DNA from: Candidatus Latescibacterota bacterium
GTDB taxonomy: Bacteria; Latescibacterota; UBA2968; GCA-2709665
Assembly (NCBI GenBank): GCA_965205485.1
Contig: OZ242180.1
Location: 2,336,001-2,400,000 of the forward strand
Direction: 5' to 3'
Length of the DNA stretch: 64,000 bases
A program made the translations under genes and the position numbers. The notes under the pieces are model-generated. The model searched no databases, had not been told where the DNA came from, and saw only the letters and a list, made by a program, of their open reading frames with translations. Shown piece by piece: positions 41,877 through 51,026 of the stretch; the stretch's first letter is position 1, and each line of letters opens with the position of its first letter.

Positions 41877-41980
41877 TTGACATCGTCAAACGATATACCT
41901 AAAATTCGCTCGCATCAAATGGAATCACGAAAAAATCATATTTTTCTTACGTGTCGAGAAAATAGTTCACATATGCGTAA
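41877..41980 (+). promoter_or_regulatory. Sigma70 promoter and conserved box of the NHLP export operon
   Basis: TTGACA(41877)-17 nt-TAAAAT(41900), then ATCACGAAAAAATCATATTTTTCTTAC (41924-41950). Confidence 0.75.
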
Positions 41981-42100
41981 TCCGGTCGCCGGTCTCGCGG
42001 TCCCGATGCAGACCGGCAATTTGACGGCGCGAACCTGCCTTGCAAGTTGCCAAAGATCAGATTATAACGCCGCACGCCTGATTTCCCGACCCTCTCGAAT

Positions 42101-43348
42101 ATGAATGAATCCGACCGGAACAATTCACTTGATCGTCTGAGGACGCCCGAACACCTGGACCGCGCGCTGTACGTGACAACGCCGATGACATGGCTGTGGC
42201 TCTGCGTCCTCCTGGCGCTGACCGGCGCTGTCGTTGCGTGGGGGTTCTGGGGCGAGATTTCCATCTACGTGGAGGCCGAGGGTATCTTTCTGAGTCGCAA
42301 GGGCATGGTATTCGACGCGGCGTCTGACGGCGGCGGCAGACTGGCGCGAATCACGGCCACCGTCGGACAGCAGGTTCGTGAAGGCGACGTGGTGGCTGAA
42401 ATCTTCGACGCAGAGACGAGTGAACGGCTGGAGGGAGCCGTCGCGCTCGTGGCCGAGCACAAACTGGAACTCAGGGATCGCATCGCCGAGACCAATGAGG
42501 AGAACAGGCTCGCGGCGGAGAACATCGCCAGGCAGCGAGACCGCATGGACGAGATGGAACGCATAAACCGCGAGTTGAAAGAAAAGGCCGACATGCGCCT
42601 TCAGGAGGACCGGAAGCTGTTCGCGCAGCGTATGATCGATCGGACGGCCGTCGAGCGAAGCGAACAGGCGCTGAGCGTCTTGCAGCAGAATCTGTTCGAA
42701 TTACTGCGCCGGCGGGACGCGCTCGAAGTGGACGACGTTCGGCGGCGGAGCGGCATCAATTCCCGACTCTCTCACGCAAAGGGCGAACTCCTGAAAGCCG
42801 AGTTGGACGTCAGCGAACTCAAGGCGCTTATCGAGACCTGGCGAATTCGAGCTCCGGTCTCAGGGAGGATCATCGAAATCAAGGCGCAGATTGGCGCGAC
42901 GCTCAACCCCGGAGAGTCCGTACTGAGCATTGAGACCGGTGGAGAAGGTCTGGACGTGCTTACCTATATCTCTGCCATGGATGGCAAGAGCGTCAAGGCG
43001 GGTATGTCCGTCCTTGTATCTCCCGCCACCGTCCGACGCGAGGAGTACGGCTCCATGATTGGTACTGTAGAACACGTGTCCGAGTTTCCGGCGAGTCTGA
43101 ACGGCATGGTCGCCGTGCTCCGGAACCAGGAGCTTGCCGGGACCTTCTCAGCAGCGGGCCCGCCATATCCGGCACGAATCGCGCTCATGCCGGATGCGAC
43201 GACGCGTAGCGGCTTCGCCTGGACCTCGCCGCACGCCACTCGCCTTGAAATCACACCCGGAACGCTTGCAACCGTCGAAATCCGGGAGTCCACCAAACCG
43301 CCAGCCGCGCTCGTCCTGCCATGGATCAAAGAAAAACTGAGTCATTGA
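42101..43348 (+). CDS. NHLP bacteriocin system secretion protein (HlyD-type membrane fusion protein)
   Basis: LDRLRTPEHLD, one TM helix, coiled coil, IRAPVSGRI, SPATVRREEYGSMIG, SGFAWTS. Confidence 0.93.
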   Translation: MNESDRNNSLDRLRTPEHLDRALYVTTPMTWLWLCVLLALTGAVVAWGFWGEISIYVEAEGIFLSRKGMVFDAASDGGGRLARITATVGQQVREGDVVAEIFDAETSERLEGAVALVAEHKLELRDRIAETNEENRLAAENIARQRDRMDEMERINRELKEKADMRLQEDRKLFAQRMIDRTAVERSEQALSVLQQNLFELLRRRDALEVDDVRRRSGINSRLSHAKGELLKAELDVSELKALIETWRIRAPVSGRIIEIKAQIGATLNPGESVLSIETGGEGLDVLTYISAMDGKSVKAGMSVLVSPATVRREEYGSMIGTVEHVSEFPASLNGMVAVLRNQELAGTFSAAGPPYPARIALMPDATTRSGFAWTSPHATRLEITPGTLATVEIRESTKPPAALVLPWIKEKLSH

Positions 43349-45541
43349 ATCCCTCGCCCTGAGCTGCATCCGAACCTCCGGTCCGATCGGGGCGGGCGTT
43401 TCAGGACGCCGACGATCCTGCAAATGGAGACCACGGAGTGCGCGGCCGCTTGTCTGGGCATCATTCTCGCCTATCACGGACGATGGGTACCCCTCGAAGC
43501 GCTGCGGGTACGCTGCGGCGTCTCCAGGGACGGCGCCAATGCCGCCAATATGTTGAATGCGGCGCGGGAATACGGCCTTATTGCCCGGGGTTTCCGCAGT
43601 CAGCACCAGCAATTGTTCGACGTCCCGTTTCCCATGGTGGTCTTCTGGGAGTTCAACCATTTCGTCGTTCTCGAAGGGATCAAAGGCGACAGGGTCTATA
43701 TCAACGATCCCGGCGAAGGCCCTCGAAGGATAACGATGCAGGAGTTCGTGCAGGGCTTCGCGGGCGTCTGCTTCGGTTTCGCGCCTTCGGCCGGGTTCAG
43801 TCCGGGCGGACAGCAGCCCAATCTGGTTCGCGGACTGCGCGACCGCTTTGGCGAGGCGGGAAGTCCGTTTGCGTTTGCGGCGCTGGCGACCCTGGCCCTC
43901 GTTGTGCCCGGCGTGGCCGTCCCGACCCTGATCAAGGTATTCATAGACGATGTACTCATCGGGCAGAACAGCGCCTGGGTGTCTCCGATGCTGATCGGAC
44001 TGGCCTTCGCGGCTGTTGTCCAGGGCGCGCTGACCTGGCTGCAGCGCATCCTCCTTGCAAGGATGGAGACCAAGCTGTCCGTTATCTCGACGGTGCGCTT
44101 TTTCTGGCACGTCGCGACGTTGCCGATGTTGTTCTTCAGCCAGCGCTATGCGGGTGACATCGCCAGCCGCGTGGCGTCGAATGACACGGTCGCACGGCTG
44201 CTTTCCGGCGAACTGGCCATCAATGCGATAAACGTATTCACGATGGTGTTCTATGCGCTGGTCATGTTATCGTACGACGTTCCGCTGACGTTGATCGCAT
44301 TGGGGATGGTCGCCATAAATCTGATCGTGCTGCGTTTCGCGGCACGCGCCCGCGAAAACGCCAACCGCAGGCTTCTCAAGGAGAAGGGCAGGGTTGCCGG
44401 CGCCTCCATAAACGGCATCAGGATCATCGAGACGTTCAAGGCCAACGGTACCGAGGACGATTTCTTCGCCCGATGGTCCGGTATCCACGCCAATGCGCTT
44501 CGCGCCCAGCAGAGCCTCGATTACGTATCGACCGTTGCGAACGTGGCGCCCGTTCTGCTCTCGGCGCTTACCGCCATCATCGTCCTGGGATACGGAGGTA
44601 TTCGCATCCTCGACGGGGCGCTTTCCATCGGCGGGCTGATCGCCTTTCAGAGTCTCACGCTGAGTTTCTCACGACCTGTTGAGGGTCTGGTTCGGTTCGG
44701 CGCCAGTCTACAGATGATCAGGGCCGATATCGGCCGGCTCGACGACGTCCTGAACTACGCCCCCGACGAGCGAACGCTCAGTGGCATCAACACGGGAGCG
44801 CCTGTATCGGACGCACCCGTACCCCGGGGTTCTATCGATCTCGAAGGCGTGACGTTCGGTTACAATGCCACGGATCCGCCCCTGATCGAGGATTTCAGCC
44901 TTTCCATCAGGCCGGGCCGCCGCGTGGCGCTGGTGGGCGCATCGGGAAGCGGAAAGTCGACAGTCGCCAGGATGGTATGCGGTCTGCTGACCCCCTGGTC
45001 CGGAACCGTGCGCATCGACGGTCAGGCATTCGAGGACGTCCCTCCCGCCCGTTTCGCCGAAATCGTGTCCTACGTCGACCAGGAGGTTGTCCTGTTCGAG
45101 GACAGCGTGCGGGAAAACGTCACGCTGTGGGACCCCGATATCGAAGAACGCGACGTGGTACAGGCGCTCAGGGATGCCGCGATCCATGACGTCGTCTCTG
45201 CAAGGCCGATGAAGTACGATTGCCCCGTCAGCGAGGGAGGGCGCAATTTCAGTGGCGGTCAGCGGCAGCGCCTGGAAATCGCGCGTGCGCTTGTGAGGAA
45301 TCCGGCCGTACTGGTGCTCGACGAGGCCACCGCCGCGCTGGACCCGATTACCGAGGTCGAGATCGACGACCACCTTCGACGCCGCGGATGCTCCTGCCTC
45401 ATCATCGCCCACAGGCTGAGTACCATCAGAGACGCGGACCAGATTGTTGTTCTCGACCGGGGCCGTATCGTCCAGCGCGGCACACACGACAGCCTGATCG
45501 CGAAAGACGGCCTTTACAGAACCCTGGTCATGTCGGATTGA
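43345..45541 (+). CDS. NHLP export ABC transporter, C39 peptidase/permease/ATPase (true start upstream of called ATG 43424; probable +1 frameshift at about 43357)
   Basis: RTPTILQMETTECAAACL (Cys), FNHFVV (His), INDP (Asp), GASGSGKST, FSGGQRQR, LDEAT. Confidence 0.93.
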
Positions 45542-45545
45542 CACG

Positions 45546-48488
45546 ATGTCTGAAATACCCCTCATCGAACGCATACGCGGCGTCCGGATCGAAACCGGCG
45601 CCCACCGGCCGTTCCCGATGGACGACACGGCCGTTGTCTACTTTGTCGAACGGGGATACCTGGACGTCTTCGCCGTCGAACTCGAAGGCAACGAAGCCGC
45701 GGGACGCCGGAACTTCGTCGCCCGCGTTCCGGCCGGAGAAATGGCCTTTGGCGCGGACACCATCAGGCATCCGGTTCAGCCTCATCGCACGTTCGGATTC
45801 CTCGCCGTGCCATCTCTCGACGGGGTCATCGTACGGGGAGAGCGGGACGGCGTCGCTTCGGACGAGTTCGATCTTGCCGCGACCAGCTGGATCGACGAAT
45901 GGATTTCCCGGGTCTCGGAATTCGTGGTTCGGGACCGGCCGCCGCCCCGGGACGCACAGTTGCTGGAGGCGGAACCGGACGTTTCCTATGCAGCCGGCAG
46001 CGTGCTCAGCGCTCAGCATATGGACGTCATCTGGGTTGGCGCGGATGCGCAGATGCGCCTTGCAGGGCGCGATGCACTGGCCGTGCCGGCGGGCAGTCCG
46101 CTCGTGCCGGTCATCGAGCGAACATGGCTGCAGATCGACGCCGACGCGACGGTGTCCGCATTCTATACGCCAACTGCCCTTCTCACGGACCGGTTCTGGG
46201 AAGCGTTTGAGCGTTTCGGTACGCGAATCCTGGAATTCGCCATTCTTGCCGAGTCTGAATCGGTTGGGAACCTGCAGACCCGACGCCGCAATGCGCACGA
46301 AATCAGGAGAACTTCGGTTACGCGGGCCCTCGGCGGATTCGAGAGAATTCTGGCCGGGCCCGGCGACAACGCGACCGCCACCGTAAGCGACGGAACGCCG
46401 CTTCAAGCGGCGGCAGCCATCGTGGCTTCTTCGTGCGGGGCCTCGCTGGAGATTCCGTCGACCTCCGGGGAAGCACAGACGTCCGTGGAGGCCGTCGAGA
46501 GGATTGCCCGCAGGTCCGGGATCCGGACGCGATGGATTTCGCTGGCACCAGGATGGTGGCGGAAGGACGGACCTTCCCTGGTGGGTTTCAAAGCCGGGGA
46601 AGGCGGCACGGACCGGCCGCTCGCGCTCATTTCCGACAACCGCGGCACGTACCGGGCAATTGATCCGGTCACGAGCGAATCTTTTGTGGTCAACGAAAGC
46701 AACGCGGGGGGGATCACCCCGGGCGGCATGGCTTTCTACGCGCCGCTGCCCAACCACATCGAGTCGGGCGGGTCCGTACTTCGATTCTCGCTGCATCGCC
46801 GCGGTGGGGATCTTCGTACGGTGTTATTGGTGGGCATCGTGGGCGGGATGGCTTCACTCCTGACGCCGATACTTACCGGCGAGATTCTCGTCCGCATCAT
46901 TCCCCGGGCAGAAATCTCCCTGTGGTCTGTCGCACTGATCGCGCTGTTGTTGGCTGCTTTCGGGAACGCGGTCTTCGAGATCGTGCGCGGAATCGCCCTG
47001 CTGAGGATCGAGGGTCGCGTCGACGAGCGCCTCCAGTCCGCCATCTGGAGCAGGCTGATTGCGCTTCGCGCGCCGTTCTTTCGCGACTACACGGTGGGGG
47101 ACCTTGAGAATCGCGCGAACGGAATCAGCGAGATCAGACGCATCATCTCCTTCGCGGCCGTGGGCGCGGCCATGGGCGGCATCTTTTCCGTATTCAACCT
47201 CGCATTGCTCTTCTACTACAGCTGGTCACTCGCTTTGTACGTCTGTGGGTTGCTGTTCGTCCTGGTGGGTGCGGCATGGTTTCTGGCAAGGGGGCAGCTT
47301 CGTCATTATCGTGACGTATTTCGCATTCAGGGAGCGATCAACGGGTTCGTATTTCAACTGATAACCGGCCTGGCCAAGCTTCGGGTCGCCAATTCAGAGA
47401 CATTCGCGCTGGCGCGCTGGGCCCGGCGCTTCGCCCGGCAGAAGCAGGCCGCCTTCTCCGCGCTGAAGTGGACCGCGGGGCAATACGTCGTTGTCGGTAT
47501 GTTTCATCCCCTGGCGCTTATCGTCATCTTCGAGTCGGTGCAGCACGCCATACTGGACGGGAGAGGATCGGCATTCGACCTGGCGGGTTTTCTGTCCTTC
47601 AATGCCGCGTTCGGCCAGCTCACAGGCGCAGTATTTGCCCTCACCTCCGCCGCGGCAACCGCAATCGCCGTGATCCCGCTTCTCGAGCGCGTACGACCGA
47701 TTTTCAATGCCACGCCCGAAACCGCGGACGGACGCATCGAGCTTTCGGACATAAAGGGCGAGCTGGAATTCTCGAGCGTGAACTTTCGATACGGTCCGGA
47801 TGCATCAAAGGCGATCGACAGCGTATCGTTTCGAATCCGGCAGGGCGACTACGTCGCGTTCGTGGGACCCTCCGGCTGCGGAAAATCAACCGTCTACCGC
47901 CTGTTGCTCGGCTTCGAGCGGCCGGAGTCAGGGACGGTGTTTCTGGACGGGCACGACCTGTCCAGCCTGGACCTGACGACCCTCCGCAGGCATATGGGCG
48001 TCGTCCTGCAGAACGGCCAGATTGTCGCCGGAAATATATTCGAGAATATCGCCGGGATGTCTCCGTTGAGCGATGAAGAGGCGTGGGCTGCCGCCAGGGC
48101 GGCTGCGCTCGAAGACGATATACGGGCGATGCCGATGGGTATGCATACCATCCTGCCGGAAGGCGGTGTGGGTCTTTCGTCAGGACAGAAGCAGCGTTTG
48201 CTGATCGCGCGCGCATTCGCCCGCAAGCCGCGCATTCTGCTTTTCGACGAGGCCACCAGCGCCCTGGACAACCGGGCGCAGGCAGTGGTACAATCGTCCC
48301 TGAAGGGGTTGGGGGTGACCCGTGTCGTCATTGCTCACCGGCTGAGCACCATCCGCGACGTGGACAGAATCTTCGTGATGGACGCCGGGCGTATCGTGGA
48401 AAGCGGCAGCTTCCGGCAGCTTGTCGAGCACAACGGGGTCTTTGCCGCGCTCGCGCGGCGTCAGACGCTTCAGTCAACGAATGCGTAG
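45546..48488 (+). CDS. NHLP export ABC transporter permease/ATPase subunit (no peptidase)
   Basis: N-terminal VYFVERGYLDVF cNMP-like domain, permease, GPSGCGKST, LSSGQKQR, FDEATSALDN. Confidence 0.93.
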   Translation: MSEIPLIERIRGVRIETGAHRPFPMDDTAVVYFVERGYLDVFAVELEGNEAAGRRNFVARVPAGEMAFGADTIRHPVQPHRTFGFLAVPSLDGVIVRGERDGVASDEFDLAATSWIDEWISRVSEFVVRDRPPPRDAQLLEAEPDVSYAAGSVLSAQHMDVIWVGADAQMRLAGRDALAVPAGSPLVPVIERTWLQIDADATVSAFYTPTALLTDRFWEAFERFGTRILEFAILAESESVGNLQTRRRNAHEIRRTSVTRALGGFERILAGPGDNATATVSDGTPLQAAAAIVASSCGASLEIPSTSGEAQTSVEAVERIARRSGIRTRWISLAPGWWRKDGPSLVGFKAGEGGTDRPLALISDNRGTYRAIDPVTSESFVVNESNAGGITPGGMAFYAPLPNHIESGGSVLRFSLHRRGGDLRTVLLVGIVGGMASLLTPILTGEILVRIIPRAEISLWSVALIALLLAAFGNAVFEIVRGIALLRIEGRVDERLQSAIWSRLIALRAPFFRDYTVGDLENRANGISEIRRIISFAAVGAAMGGIFSVFNLALLFYYSWSLALYVCGLLFVLVGAAWFLARGQLRHYRDVFRIQGAINGFVFQLITGLAKLRVANSETFALARWARRFARQKQAAFSALKWTAGQYVVVGMFHPLALIVIFESVQHAILDGRGSAFDLAGFLSFNAAFGQLTGAVFALTSAAATAIAVIPLLERVRPIFNATPETADGRIELSDIKGELEFSSVNFRYGPDASKAIDSVSFRIRQGDYVAFVGPSGCGKSTVYRLLLGFERPESGTVFLDGHDLSSLDLTTLRRHMGVVLQNGQIVAGNIFENIAGMSPLSDEEAWAAARAAALEDDIRAMPMGMHTILPEGGVGLSSGQKQRLLIARAFARKPRILLFDEATSALDNRAQAVVQSSLKGLGVTRVVIAHRLSTIRDVDRIFVMDAGRIVESGSFRQLVEHNGVFAALARRQTLQSTNA

Positions 48489-48538
48489 ATCGTAAGGGGA
48501 CATGCCCCGACAATCTCCGGTGGGTCCATACGCCGGGG

Positions 48539-48663
48539 TTGACATGCGACGGAAAATCGTTATATTTGCCTTGTGGTAAATATCACGAAAAGATCATGTT
48601 TTCTTACCGTATTAGACCGAAAATATCACGAATAATGCGATAAATATAATTATCATCACGAAA
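48539..48663 (+). promoter_or_regulatory. Sigma70 promoter and conserved box of the RiPP precursor
   Basis: TTGACA(48539)-16 nt-TATATT(48561), then ATCACGAAAAGATCATGTTTTCTTAC (48582-48607); ATCACGAA repeated at 48625 and 48655. Confidence 0.7.
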
Positions 48664-48702
48664 CATTCACTTCTTCTCACCACTCCAAACCAGGGGGCCA
48701 CG

Positions 48703-49017
48703 ATGAAGACCATGCAGGAAATGCAGGACCACGTCGTATTCAAAGCGTCTTCCGACGCGCAGTTTCGTGCCAGTCTGCTGAAGAATCCCAAGGGCTCAAT
48801 AGAAAAAGAGCTCGGCGTGAAGATTCCGGAGAATTTCTCGGTCGAAATTCACGAAGACAACCTGACGACCGCGCACCTGGTTCTTCCGCTGAGAAACGGA
48901 CCGGAGGCGATGAGCGAGGACGAGTTGGCGGCGGTTGTGGGCGGTGCAGGCGCAGAGAACTGTGAATGGGGTCACGATCATCACGACGAATACCACGTTC
49001 CGTTGGGAGGTCCCTGA
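48703..49017 (+). CDS. NHLP-leader RiPP precursor; 81-aa leader plus 23-aa core AGAENCEWGHDHHDEYHVPLGGP
   Basis: KASSDAQFRASLLKNPK...HLVLP...MSEDELAAVVGG double-glycine cleavage motif; adjacent to the NHLP transporter trio. Confidence 0.93.
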   Translation: MKTMQEMQDHVVFKASSDAQFRASLLKNPKGSIEKELGVKIPENFSVEIHEDNLTTAHLVLPLRNGPEAMSEDELAAVVGGAGAENCEWGHDHHDEYHVPLGGP

Positions 49018-49089
49018 TCGTTCGAAGAATCTTGCCGAGACTTCAGGAGGCGAGGTCAGGAATCCCGCATGGTTATACGACGTATTTTC

Positions 49090-49121
49090 CCGGTGCCGCC
49101 CGAAGGCGGCGCCGGTTTTTT
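49090..49121 (+). terminator. Intrinsic terminator between precursor and maturase
   Basis: CCGGTGCCGCC-CGAA-GGCGGCGCCGG then T6. Confidence 0.85.
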
Positions 49122-49195
49122 CGTACGTGCGATGCGAAGTGAGAAGAACGGAACGGCCTGATTGCGTACAACACGGTTTGACGAAGGAGCTGACG

Positions 49196-50287
49196 ATGCC
49201 GGAGCGCCTCAGGGTGATTTCACCGGAATCGCGCCGTTTCATTCCGTCGGAACTCGTCGCCGGTCACGGCTGGGACCGCCTGGTGCGCCGGGTCGGCGAA
49301 CTTCCCGGCTGGCCGGTGTTGAACAGGGTGTTCTTCGAGTTCGGCCTCGGAGACCCCGCGCCCGTTGCCGACTTCTCCGTCCGCGTCCTTCCGGGGCATC
49401 CGGGATTGCCTGGCCACTTCGTCAATCGGGGAAGGACGGCCCGGCAGAATTCCGCGGCTGCCGCGCTGGGCAGATTCCTTTCAGATTTTGCGGATGCTCG
49501 GGCGGGGTCCGGATCCGCCTTGAGCGCCAGGTTCAACGATATCATGCTCGAATACGATATCGCCGGAATCAAGACGGAAGCATCACCGGATCCCGGATTG
49601 TTTCTGGGATTGCGGCCCGCCGCGTCGCCGGACGATTCAGAGGTCCGTTCTCCACGAGACGTGGTTGCAGAGTTGACGAATGCGGTAGGATGGAATGTTG
49701 ACACCGGCGAGCGCCGGGTTGTGGAACGGATCGTCAAGGCGCTCCCGCCGGGGGGTCGGCTGGATCACGTGGGAGCGATGCCCGGCCGCTCCGTCAGGGC
49801 CGTGCGTGTGATTGTCAACGGCATTACGTCGGAGGAAATGCCGGTTTTCCTGGAGCGCGCCGGCTGGCCGGGTTCGGTACGAAACGTGATGGACGCCCTT
49901 GTTGAATGGCGTGACGTATTTCCGTACTTTCGACCCTGTTTCGACGCTTCCGCTCGCGGCTTGCGTCCGCGTCTCGGACTCGAGATGTTTCCGCGAAGTG
50001 AAAGAAAGGGCCGCTGGCCGGTGGGGGATTGGCTCAATACGGGTATCCGGACATGGCTGCCGGTTCTGGAACGCCTGGAGGAGCGGGAACTGTGTCTGCC
50101 GGCAAAGGGTAACGGCTTGCGTGTCTTCCCGGGACTGGAACGGGTTTTCGACAAGAACGGTGTGTATATGCTTCACAAGGGACTCAACCACGTCAAACTG
50201 GCGATCGAAGATGGCGGCGTACAGGCCAAAGCATATGCCGGCCTCAGATTGCTGCGGTTCGGTCCGGAAGCGGCTGCAATGCCCTGA
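49196..50287 (+). CDS. Uncharacterised RiPP maturase, probably ABBA-fold prenyltransferase-like
   Basis: AAGGAG RBS. Motif series FEFGL..ADFS, MLEYD, PGLFLG, GAMPGR..AVR, PRLGLE, LC.PAK..L..FPG, GLNHVKL, AKAY resembles proteins I recall beside NHLP/Nif11 precursors. The CDS is solid; the function is inference. Confidence 0.5.
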   Translation: MPERLRVISPESRRFIPSELVAGHGWDRLVRRVGELPGWPVLNRVFFEFGLGDPAPVADFSVRVLPGHPGLPGHFVNRGRTARQNSAAAALGRFLSDFADARAGSGSALSARFNDIMLEYDIAGIKTEASPDPGLFLGLRPAASPDDSEVRSPRDVVAELTNAVGWNVDTGERRVVERIVKALPPGGRLDHVGAMPGRSVRAVRVIVNGITSEEMPVFLERAGWPGSVRNVMDALVEWRDVFPYFRPCFDASARGLRPRLGLEMFPRSERKGRWPVGDWLNTGIRTWLPVLERLEERELCLPAKGNGLRVFPGLERVFDKNGVYMLHKGLNHVKLAIEDGGVQAKAYAGLRLLRFGPEAAAMP

Positions 50288-50507
50288 TTCGGCGGTCGAA
50301 CGGTGACACATTTCCGGAACGGAACACCAGAGCCAAAGAAACGGTTGCAGACGCTGTCATTGAAGCGCATATTGTCATTGCACGTCCCGCATTTGGACGC
50401 GATCCCGGGTCGAGGGTATGGGGAAGACGGTAGACCAAAAGTGGTAAGACGGGAGCTTGCACATAAATGAACTCACGTCACCGAAAACCGACGAATCCTG
50501 GTCTAAG

Positions 50508-51002
50508 ATGAACAAACGCGAAGACTATCTCTCGTGGGACGAATATTTCATGGGCGTCGCGCTGCTCTCCGCCCTCAGGAGCAAGGACCCCAACACCCGC
50601 GTCGGCGCATGCATCATCAACGAGAAAAAGAAAATCGTGGGCATCGGCTATAACGGCCTGCCGATCGGCTGCTCGGACGACGAGTATCCGTGGGCAAGAG
50701 AGGGGGACTTTCTCGACACCAAGTACCCGTACATATGCCACGCCGAACTCAACGCGATCCTGAACAAGATCGACACCAACCTCTACAACTGCACGATCTA
50801 CGTTACGCACTTTCCGTGCAACGAATGCGCGAAAGTGATCATTCAATCCGGCATTCGGGAAGTCATCTACCTGGCGGACAAATACGCGGAAACCGAACCC
50901 GTCATGGCCTCCAAACGCATGTTCGACAGCGCCGGAGTCGACTACCGCCGGCTCACCGGGTACCGGGATCACCTGCACATCGAATTCAAAGACCTTTCCT
51001 GA
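50508..51002 (+). CDS. dCMP deaminase (ComEB family)
   Basis: RSKDPNTRVGACI, GYNG, CHAELNAI, FPCNECAK. Confidence 0.93.
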   Translation: MNKREDYLSWDEYFMGVALLSALRSKDPNTRVGACIINEKKKIVGIGYNGLPIGCSDDEYPWAREGDFLDTKYPYICHAELNAILNKIDTNLYNCTIYVTHFPCNECAKVIIQSGIREVIYLADKYAETEPVMASKRMFDSAGVDYRRLTGYRDHLHIEFKDLS

Positions 51003-51026
51003 TATTGGATCAGAGAGGAAGCCGAA

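Noticed and set aside
43346..43348. Selenocysteine read-through fusing HlyD to the C39 transporter
   Set aside because: No SECIS-like hairpin comparable to selD's and no redox motif context; a TTG start with a 1-base indel is simpler.
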